NCBI GenBank assembly: GCA_964016885.1 | Contig: OZ024741.1 | Location: forward strand, 221,464,001-221,528,000 | Source: Eledone cirrhosa | Taxonomy: Eukaryota | Direction: 5' to 3' | DNA length: 64,000 nucleotides | Shown here: positions 54,001 to 62,512 of the stretch, piece by piece | Layout of the letters: each line of letters starts with the position of its first letter | Numbering within the stretch: the first letter of the stretch is position 1 | The notes under the pieces: model-generated | What the model was told of the DNA's origin: nothing | What the model saw: only the letters and a program-made list of their open reading frames with translations | The model's database searches: none | Program-made: the position numbers and the translations under genes

Positions 54001-56302
54001 ATCAGGTACAATATATTACAGTGACAGATACAATATATTACAGTGACATATACAATATATTACAGTGACAGATACAATATATTACAGTGACAGATATAAT
54101 ATATTACAGTGACAGAGACAGATACAATATATTACAGTGACAGATACAATATATTACAGTGACAGTGACAGATACAATATATTACAGTGACACATACAAT
54201 ATATTACAGTGACAGTGACAGGTACAATATATTACAGTGACAGATACAATATATTACTGTGACAGATACAATATATTACAGTGACAGATACAATATATTA
54301 CAGTGACAAATACAATATATTACAGTGACAGATACAATATATTACAGTGACAGATACAATATATTACAGTGACAGATACAATATATTACAGTGACAGATA
54401 CAATATATTACAGTGAGAGATACAATATATTACAGTGACAGTGACAGATACAATATATTACAGTGACACATACAATATATTACAGTGACAGATACAATAT
54501 ATTACAGTGACAGATACAATATATTACAATGACAGATACAATATATTACAGTGACAGATACAATATATTACAGTGGCAGATACAATATATTACAGTGACA
54601 TATACAATATATTACAGTGACAGTGACAGATACAATATATTTCAGTGACAGATACAATATATTACAGTGACAGATACAATATATTACAGTGACAGATACA
54701 ATATATTACAGTGACAGTGACAGATACAATATATTACAGTGACGGATACAATATATTACAGTGACAGTGACAGATACAATATATTACAGTGACAGATACA
54801 ATATATTCGAGTGTCAGATACAATATATTACAGTGACAGTGACAGATACAATATATTACAGTGACAGATACAATATATTACAGTGACAGATACAATATAT
54901 TACAGTGGCAGATACAATATATTACAGTGACAGTGACAGATACAATATATTACAGTGGCAGATACAATATATTACAGTGGCAGATACAATATATTACAGT
55001 GACAGTGACAGATACAATATATTACAGTGTCAGATACAATATATTACAGTGGCAGATACAATATATTACAGTGACAGTGACAGATACAATATATTACAGT
55101 GACAGATACAATATATTACAGTGACAGTGACAGATACAATATTTTACAGTGACAGATACAATATATTACAGTGACAGTGACAGATACAATATATTACAGT
55201 GACAGATACAATATATTAGAGTGTCAGATACAATATATTACAGTGACAGATACAATATTTTACAGTGACAGATACAGTATATTACAGTGACAGATACAAT
55301 ATATTACAGTGACAGATACAATATATTACAGTGACAGTGCAGATACAATATATTACAGTGACAGATACAATATATTACAGTGACAGTGACAGATACAATA
55401 TATTACAGTGACAGTGACAGATACAATATATTACAGTGACAGTGACAGATACAATATATTACAGTGGCAGATACAATATATTACAGTGGCAGATACAATA
55501 TATTACAGTGACAGATACAATATATTACAGTGACAGATACAATATATTACAGTGACAGTGACAGATACAATATATTACAGTGACAGTGACAGATACAATA
55601 TATTACTGTGACAGATACAATATATTACTGTGACAGATACAATATATTACAGTGACAGATACAATATATTACTGTGACAGATACAATATATTACTGTGAC
55701 AGATACAATATATTACAGTGACAGATACAATATATTACTGTGACAGATACAATATATTACAGTGACAGATACAATATATTACTGTGACAGATACAATATA
55801 TTACAGTGACAGATACAATATATTACTGTGACAGATACAATATATTACAGTGACAGATACAATATATTACTGTGACAGTGACAGATACAATATACTACAG
55901 TGACAGATACAATATATTACAGTGACAGTGACAGATACAATATACTATAATGACAGATACAATATATTACAGTGATAGATACAATATATTACAGTGACAG
56001 ATACAATATATTATAGTGACAGATACAATATGTTAGAGTGACAGATACAATATATTACAGTGACAGATACAATATATTACAGTGACAGATACAATATATT
56101 ACAGTGACAGATACAATATATTACAGTGACAGATACAATATATTACAGTGACAGATACAATATATTACAGTGTCAGATACAATATATTACAGTGACAGAT
56201 ACAATATATTACAGTGCCAGATACACTATATTATAGTGACAGATACAATATGTTAGAGTGACAGATACAATATATTACAGTGACTGTGACAGATAAATTA
56301 CA
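1..56302 (+). repeat. 22-bp tandem satellite array, consensus ACAATATATTACAGTGACAGAT (~2,500 monomers, left end outside the window)
   Basis: The monomer repeats head-to-tail in one orientation throughout, with frequent 28-bp variants (extra ACAGTG) and point variants. It ends abruptly at ...tgactgtgacagataaattaca (~56302). Copy number is estimated from length divided by unit size. Confidence 0.99.
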
Positions 56303-56448
56303 TGTCTATATTTAATTACAAATCTTTACCTGTTGTTTTCTAATCATCTCCAGGTGAACTTTTCCTTTCATATATTTTATTTATTACTTCTTAAAATGGT
56401 TTGCAATAAAATATTGACAATAATGTGTTGAGTAGAATATTCTGTCTT

Positions 56449-56654
56449 GCCCATCTCATGACACGTGTCCATAGATGGTGACATGATAAAATGTACTCAA
56501 TACACTCTGTAAACTGGTTGGCATTAAATGGGACATCGACCTCAAAACCAAGCCAAAATATGGGCTATATCATCTTGACTTGATTATCCAAACTATTATA
56601 TCTGAGATTGTGATGACATGGCCAATCCATGACAGCATGGGAAATGGATCTATC
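56449..56654 (+). mobile_element. Degenerate SINE-like interspersed repeat (3' body)
   Basis: tacactctgtaaactggttggcattaaatgggacatc...ccaatccatgacagcatgggaaatgga is homologous to the opposite-strand copy at 57801-58003 and resembles an abundant octopus SINE body as I recall it. It is followed by (GT)n. Confidence 0.6.
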
Positions 56655-56777
56655 GTGTGTGTGTGTGTGTTTTATCTATTATAACTTTGTATAACTGTGT
56701 ATAACTGTGAGGTAACAAGGTCTCTTAAAGGTTTGGATGAATGCCTCAGAGCCAACAGCCATCCAATCCACATTTAA

Positions 56778-56982
56778 CCCTTTAGCATTTAAACGAGCCA
56801 TATCCGGCTAGAACACTCTCTCCTGTTTCTGTTTAAACCGGCTGTAACTGGCCACTTATACCGACGTTGAGATATTGTTCTCAAAATAAATAATATCAAA
56901 ATCTCATAGATTTGATATTACATTAGATAATTATATGAGGAAAATATAACAGTAAATATAGAATAATGTAAATGCTAAAGGG
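56778..56982. mobile_element. piggyBac-type MITE (205 bp)
   Basis: Perfect 14-bp terminal inverted repeats CCCTTTAGCATTTA (56778-56791) and TAAATGCTAAAGGG (56969-56982), flanked by TTAA (56774-56777) and ATAA (56983-56986, one mismatch to TTAA). CCC...GGG ends with a TTAA target site are piggyBac hallmarks. Confidence 0.8.
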
Positions 56983-57379
56983 ATAAACAATTTCACCAAC
57001 CTGCAATTGGCCAAACTTGATGAGTATGACCGCACCCCTGACATCATCACAACCAAACAAAGTGGTGTAGGTCAACCAGGGAGGGGAACCTCCAATAGGA
57101 ATGAGAAGGCCCTGGATTGGATTGGCTTGAATACCAATATTAATGGTTGTGGTTGGTAATGGTGGCATCAGCAGTGAGGATGGGGAGGGTGTTCATCAGC
57201 TATATTGTTTCTACATATCCATTTAGTTTGAGAAGTTATGTCAATCAGGGTTGTATAGCTACCCAACAGTACAAAGAAAATCCCAAAACGACTCAGGGGA
57301 ATTTCTCGTGGAGTTCATTTACATTAGTTACATCAGCTACTAGCAAATGTTGGAAGTTCTTTCAGAGATTGGAAATGTT

Positions 57380-57437
57380 TTATATATATATATATATGAT
57401 ATGTGTGTGTATATATATATATACAATATATATATAA

Positions 57438-57499
<62 letters not shown>
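57380..57499. repeat. (TA)n microsatellite, interrupted
   Basis: Direct reading of the sequence. Confidence 0.95.
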
Positions 57500-57501
<2 letters not shown>

Positions 57502-57541
57502 TAGGTTAGAGATTAGGTTGGTAGCAGATGAAACATAAATC

Positions 57542-57680
57542 TGTGTGTGGTGTATGTGTGTGTGTTATTTGTGGTATGTGTGCTTGTATGTGTGGTATGT
57601 GTATATGTGGTGCGTATGTGTGTGCATGTGTATTATGTATGTGGTATGTGTGTGTGTGCGTGTGCGCATGTTTGTGTATA
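57542..57680. repeat. Degenerate (TG)n/(TATG)n low-complexity tract
   Basis: Direct reading of the sequence. Confidence 0.9.
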
Positions 57681-57699
57681 TTGAAACATATATTTTTTC

Positions 57700-57780
57700 T
57701 TTTATTCTTTCGTTTTTTACTGGTTTCAGCCATTAGATAACGGTCATGCTGGAACACTGTCTTGATTTAATCAATCTTAT
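57700..57780 (-). mobile_element. Short SINE 3'-tail fragment
   Basis: T-rich tail followed by tttactggtttcagccattagataacggtcatgctggaacac, similar from memory to a common cephalopod SINE tail (ttacttgtttcagtcatttgactgcggccatgctggagcacc). Confidence 0.4.
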
Positions 57781-57800
57781 CTACTCTAGTGTATATATAT

Positions 57801-58198
57801 ATCATCATAATCATCATTATACTGTTTAATGTCTATTTTTCCATGCCTGCATGGGTTAGACAGGTTTCCCGCATCATGAGACAAGTCTGGCCAGCTGGCC
57901 ATACCATATTTTGCTCTGACGGAACTGTATTTTGGCTGGGATTTTTACAGCTGGATGTCCTTCTTAACACCAACCACATTTACAGTGTGGAACTGGGTGG
58001 CACTGTTATGAGGAGGGTCTGGCCAGTTGGCTGCACCATGCCCTGCTCAAATCAGAACCATAATTTGTGAGCTGGGTGGTTCCATTATGATGGAGGTCTG
58101 GCCAGTTCTCATAGAGGAGCAGTGTTTGTGCTTGGTTTTTACGGCTACTGGATGCCCTCCCTACTGTCAACCACATTTACAATGTGGAACTAGATGGT
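57801..58198 (-). mobile_element. SINE-like repeat with (ATG)n-type tail and internal tandem rearrangement
   Basis: The minus strand reads ...cacactgtaaatgtggttggtgttaagaaggacatccagctgtaaaaa...ctaacccatgcaggcatggaaaaatagacattaaac...atgatgattatgatgat. The module ctggatg..caaccacatttaca.tgtggaact occurs twice and gtctggccag three times. Confidence 0.65.
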
Positions 58199-58210
58199 AT
58201 ATATATATAT

Positions 58211-58243
<33 letters not shown>

Positions 58244-58308
58244 TATTTATGTATATCTGTATTTATGTATATATGTAAATGTGTAATTGTTTATGTATAT
58301 ATGTATGT
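58198..58308. repeat. (TA)n/(TG)n compound microsatellite
   Basis: Direct reading of the sequence. Confidence 0.9.
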
Positions 58309-58336
58309 AGAGCAAGAGACCCCTAGTCTTCATTAA

Positions 58337-58653
58337 GAGAGGGCCTGTAACAGGCGGCCCGCAGGCTACAATCCAGTCCACCAGACCAGTCAGAGTGGCC
58401 AGCAATGATCGTTTTTAATTTTTCCTTGTAGGCTTATTTAGAATTTTTTTTGTAACTATAATGCAATTTTCTGTTAGTTGACCTATACTGAAGGGCTTCA
58501 CTAATAGGGTTATGTGTTATAATTCCCCAGTTCCATGTTATGGAAAGATGTTGTGGTGAATCTTTGGAATAGTGCTTGATAAATATTAGTGGCCCTAATA
58601 GTTGTTCCAATGTTCAAAATTGGCCCGCCAATGGAATATGTTGCACACCTCTG
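58337..58653. mobile_element. Probable hAT (Charlie-like) non-autonomous element / MITE
   Basis: The right end TGGCCCGCC...GTTGCACACCTCTG is followed by CTCTAGAA, an NTCTAGAN-type target site. The left end is a degenerate GAGAGGGCCTGTAACAGGCGGCCCGCAGGC with typical GGCCCGC subterminal motifs. The left TSD is not clean. Confidence 0.5.
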
Positions 58654-59125
58654 CTCTAGAAAGTCACTCTGATATGAAACCTGCAACTTCATTTGCATCT
58701 AATGACATAGATCAGTTCTTCTTTTTGGGTAAATGCATTCAATGTTCAGAGATTGGGATTGGCCCCATGCAAAGCCTTTCCTCACTTAAAAAAGCTTCAA
58801 ACACAGGCATCGCTTGATATGTGACATTTTTTTGCGGTGCATGGTATTGCTGGCCATAGGCAAGTCCCTAGCAGGACTAAAAAGCCACGTCCATGATGCT
58901 CATGCTTAAGTATCAAGCAATGACATTACTCAAAATTGATTTGCAACCACCATGTATGTTTGTATGTATAAATGTATATGTTTAATTATATATGTATGTA
59001 CCGATATATGTATATATATATAAAAAAGGAACGATCGACTTTCATCAAATTGGAGCGAGGAGACAATGTTTCCATTGGTCTTTCCAATTGCCAATACTAT
59101 CTATCAGTCGCAACTCCAGGGAGAA

Positions 59126-59240
59126 GGAGCAACGTGAAATAAAATGTCTTGCCCAAGGACATAACGCATTGCCCAGTCCGGGAATCAAACTCACAACCAC
59201 ACGATTGCAAATCCAATTCTCTAATGACTCAGCCACACAC
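59126..59240 (-). mobile_element. tRNA-derived SINE 5' head fragment
   Basis: The minus strand has an A-box-like TGGCTGAGTCATT, a B-box-like GAGTTTGATTCCC, and then tgtccttgggcaagacattttatttcacgttgctcc, a conserved SINE central-domain-type motif. Confidence 0.7.
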
Positions 59241-59318
59241 TTTCAATATATATATGTGTATGTATATGTGTTAGGTAATTCCAAACGAAAAGCAAAGGAA
59301 AAAAGAGTGCTCTATGAC

Positions 59319-59397
59319 GATAATAATATACATCTGGATCGTTCGTCAGACAGAGATGTTATCTGTCTGACAAATGATCCAGACGTATATTATTATC
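59319..59397. repeat. Inverted repeat / hairpin, 36-bp arms, 7-nt loop
   Basis: 59319-59354 matches the reverse complement of 59362-59397 at 33/36 positions. Confidence 0.9.
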
Positions 59398-59501
59398 TTC
59401 TGTGATCCAGAAACCTTTGGTAATGGAGTAGTTATATTTTTTGTTGTTCACTTTATAATTATGTGTATGTATATATAATTCTATTGTTCTCTCATTTCCA
59501 G

Positions 59502-59700
59502 GATACGATGACAATGGTGCTGAACCACCTGAAGAAGGTTTCCAGCAAAAGTGATTTAAACAAGATGACCCCCGAGAATGTGGCTGTCTGTTTCGGACCT
59601 GTGCTATTGTGTCCATCCCCGTCGACATCAGCTGACTTAGACTTCAGGAAACATATTGATGTACTTAAATACTTGCTTGAAATATGGCCAGATGACTTCA
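59502..59700 (+). CDS. SYDE: Internal coding exon of a Rho GTPase-activating protein, Syd-1/SYDE (RhoGAP100F)-like, C-terminal part of the RhoGAP domain
   Basis: Acceptor ttctctcatttccAG| and donor |GTAAGT at 59701; 199 bp, phase 0 to phase 1. Translation [66 protein letters not shown] carries the RhoGAP HL..V......N.MT..N.A.CFGP.LL motif. The [17 protein letters not shown] tail resembles SYDE-family DFKHHIEVLHYLLQSWP as I recall it. The RhoGAP call is firm and the subfamily call is less so. Confidence 0.9.
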
Positions 59701-59737
59701 GTAAGTTGCTACCATACTCTTCTCCTTTCTTGGTTTA

Positions 59738-59845
59738 TTGATGTTGTTGCTGCTGCTGCTGTTACTACAGCTGTTGTTACTGCTGCTGTTGTTGTTGCTG
59801 CTATTGCTGATGTTGCTGCTATTGTGGTGATGGTGGTGGAGGTGA
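59738..59845. repeat. Degenerate (GCT/GTT/GGT)n trinucleotide tract
   Basis: Direct reading; lies just 3' of the exon donor. Confidence 0.85.
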
Positions 59846-59926
59846 TATAGCCCCTAAGTCAGCCTTTATAAAACTGACCTATGATCATACACCTCCTAAC
59901 TATGATTGTTCAGCCTATCTATTTTA

Positions 59927-60186
59927 ATCTTCTTCTTCTTGCTAACAAGACTGTTGCTGTCTCTGGTTATTGTTGTTTGCCTGATTGAGATCAGTGATCA
60001 GTTTCCAAGGCTCACTGCAAGAAGGTCAACAACTTGAGCCCCAGTCATAGATATATCTTCTTCTTCTTCTTCTTCTTGCATATGAGACTGTTGCTCTCTC
60101 AAGTTGTTGTTATTTGCCTGATAAAGATCAGAGATCAGAGATCAATTTCCAAGGCTCAGCATGAGTAGGTCAACAACTTGAGCCCC
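59927..60186 (+). repeat. Two diverged tandem copies of a ~120-130-bp unit
   Basis: 59927-60042 and 60055-60186 both run (TTC)n-TTGC..GACTGTTGCT..TTTGCCTGAT..GATCAG..TTTCCAAGGCTCA..AGGTCAACAACTTGAGCCCC. Confidence 0.9.
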
Positions 60187-60358
60187 TCTTGTTTAATGAG
60201 GTGTGTAAGTAAGTTTATATTATACTATGTCTCGTCAACAAAAGCTAATATGTCATTTGAGGGAGAATTGGTTGTATAGTCGATTATCAAGATCCCAGAC
60301 CTCAATTACTTAATAAGTGGGATAGAACTTGTCAAATCTGACAAAGGTCATATCTAGG

Positions 60359-60566
60359 CTGATCAAAATTCTGATAACATCTATGATCAGTCTAGAAAAG
60401 ACCTATGATCAACTTAGATAAGACTTATGACCAACCTGTAAAACATCTATGATCAGTCTAAATAACATCTATGATTAGTCTAGATAAGACTTATGATCAA
60501 CCTAGAAAACATCTATGATCAACCTAGATAAGACCTATGATCAGTCTAGATAAGACATATGATCAG
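60359..60566 (+). repeat. 22-bp minisatellite, ~9.5 copies, consensus CTATGATCARYCTAGATAAGAC
   Basis: Units start at 60381, 60403, 60425, 60447, 60469, 60491, 60513, 60535 and 60557 (partial), with one degenerate unit before them. Confidence 0.92.
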
Positions 60567-60873
60567 ACCAACACCATTCCTGCCATGGCCATCCCATCTT
60601 TTTCCTATCTGTAGACACACCATGACTACATTATCCACTGGGTTCTTTTTCTAAACTGCTATATCAGAGTTGACCTAGGGTTAAACAGCAACAACAGCAA
60701 CAACAACAGCAACATATAGCTAAAGAACAGTAACAAGGTAGAGACTGCACAACACAAATATTCCCTCACAGTGTATTATATTATTTCTCTACATGCTGAG
60801 TTCAAATCCTGCCATGGTTGGTTTGGGGATTAACTCCCACCCAGACACCAAGTAATTCAAATTCTATCATTAC

Positions 60874-60874
<1 letters not shown>

Positions 60875-60932
<58 letters not shown>
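60875..60932. repeat. (AGT)n microsatellite
   Basis: Perfect trinucleotide run. Confidence 0.97.
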
Positions 60933-60972
60933 ACTGTGCTGTTTGTATTTAATGTCTGTAGTTTACACATAA

Positions 60973-61243
<271 letters not shown>

Positions 61244-61359
61244 GTAGGAGGTGAGTTTTATTGTAGTACAATAAAGCAATGCAGATATCGGATAAGAAGC
61301 ACTCTACAGGAACTCTTTTAACCATCTTTTGTTCTTATATATTATATATATATATATAA

Positions 61360-61839
61360 GTAGTTCCACAACAGTTAGTTCACCATACTGAGATCCTTAT
61401 TCAGATCATCAGCTCAGTCTAAATGAAGTTGTACGGAAAAGGAAAAACAACTGTACGAATACACATGTGCAGAAAAAGTCACTTTTCCTGGGGGAAGTAA
61501 ACCCACAATAGATCGATGTAAGGGCGATAACTGTGGATGCTTGCAATAAATTATTCACGTCATTCAGAATATTATAGATTGTTGATGTTAGTCAATCTGG
61601 AGCTTTGTAATTATGTAATGGGTGTTTCCAGACGTGTGGATAATGTCAAAAAGTCCATTCCTTAAATTTAGGCAAGCGCTATTGCATAATCTTCTCAGGA
61701 TATTGATCCTTTCTTCAATGCACAGCCTACAAGATGGATTCCCATTTGTGTATGGCTTAGACTTAGTAATAGCTTTCCATTGGATGGAGTAATTTATGCC
61801 TGTGCCCTTAAGGGATCATACGTGGCTCGCGAGCTTGGT
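61360..61839 (-). mobile_element. Decayed Penelope-like retroelement 3' end (GIY-YIG endonuclease C-terminal remnant plus pseudo-LTR region)
   Basis: Manual minus-strand translation from 61839 gives TKLASHV*SLKGTGINYSIQWKAITKSKPYTNGNPSCRLCIEERINILRRLCNSACLNLRNGLF, and after a frameshift YPHVWKHPLHNYKAPD* (stop at 61592-61594). This fits the PLE pattern T.L..H.W.LK....Y.I.W......PY......C.LC..EK..I.......LN.R.E....C.H. A CTGATGA motif follows at 61406-61412. Confidence 0.75.
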
Positions 61840-62144
61840 GAATAAAATATAATGTCCAGATATTTTTCAAATTCTTTTCTTATAGCTGAATCAACTATCT
61901 TAAATTTATAAAGAATAACTTCAACGATTTTCTATATTAAAGATGAATTTGGGTGTGGATCTAGTGGGGGTGGGGGTTAATGAGGTGTAAAATACATGTC
62001 TTTTGATAAAAATGGGATGACAGCAAAGAGAAAAATAAGGATAGTTTTGGAATATTTGTTGATAGAAATGTATGTTGTTGGTATTGTTTTGGGAGGGGAG
62101 GTGGGGCTCATATTTACTTCCCTACATGTAAACATACATACCAC

Positions 62145-62166
62145 CCATATACATATATATATATAT

Positions 62167-62222
<56 letters not shown>
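62145..62222. repeat. (TA)n/(CA)n compound microsatellite
   Basis: Direct reading of the sequence. Confidence 0.9.
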
Positions 62223-62223
<1 letters not shown>

Positions 62224-62300
62224 ATGAAGGAAATGTGGTAAGGAACCAGGTGGACCATAACGCACCAAAGTACTCAATACTTAGGGTAGTAGAGTGGGTA

Positions 62301-62411
62301 ATAGGAACAAGTAAGACCCCGACGGCTGAGCTCAAGCCGTTTCAACGGCTAATTCAGTCCAGAATTAGCCGTCGAAACGGCTTGAGCTCAGCCGTCGGGG
62401 TCTTACTTGTT

Positions 62412-62416
<5 letters not shown>
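62301..62416. repeat. Near-perfect palindrome: 55-bp arms, 6-nt loop, 1 mismatch
   Basis: 62301-62355 is the reverse complement of 62362-62416 except at one position (TTCAAC vs TTCGAC). The loop is AGTCCA. Confidence 0.97.

Positions 62417-62496
<80 letters not shown>
62414..62496. repeat. (TA)n microsatellite
   Basis: Perfect dinucleotide run. Confidence 0.97.
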
Positions 62497-62507
<11 letters not shown>

Positions 62508-62512
62508 TATAA

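Noticed and set aside
33480-55124. ORFs with TDTIYYSDRYNILQ repeats as a repetitive protein
   Set aside because: These are translations of the 22-bp monomer cycling through frames. They open only where point variants or 6-bp insertions remove or skip the recurring TGA, start at GTG, and have no splice or gene context.
1-56302. CRISPR array or other repeat-spacer system
   Set aside because: Monomers are directly adjacent with no unique spacers, there are no cas genes, and the context is eukaryotic.
1-56302. Telomeric or confirmed centromeric repeat
   Set aside because: There is no G-rich telomere motif and the array adjoins genic DNA. Centromere function cannot be judged from sequence alone.
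59126-59240. Functional tRNA gene
   Set aside because: The A/B boxes are degenerate, there is no convincing cloverleaf, and it runs directly into SINE body sequence.
56923-59405. Short ORFs as additional RhoGAP exons or genes
   Set aside because: None resembles RhoGAP, C2 or another recognisable domain, and most overlap microsatellites, SINEs or MITEs.
59656-59850. Ala/Val-rich ORF
   Set aside because: It is a product of a GCT/GTT triplet tract downstream of the GTAAGT donor and is out of frame with the exon.
62281-62286. TTAGGG telomere seed
   Set aside because: A single hexamer is expected by chance.
61387-62416. A split hammerhead assembled from the CTGATGA half (61406-61412) and the GAAAC...GTC half in the palindrome
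   Set aside because: The stem I strands (ACTGAG vs GGGGTC) and the stem II strands are not complementary, so the halves probably come from different elements.
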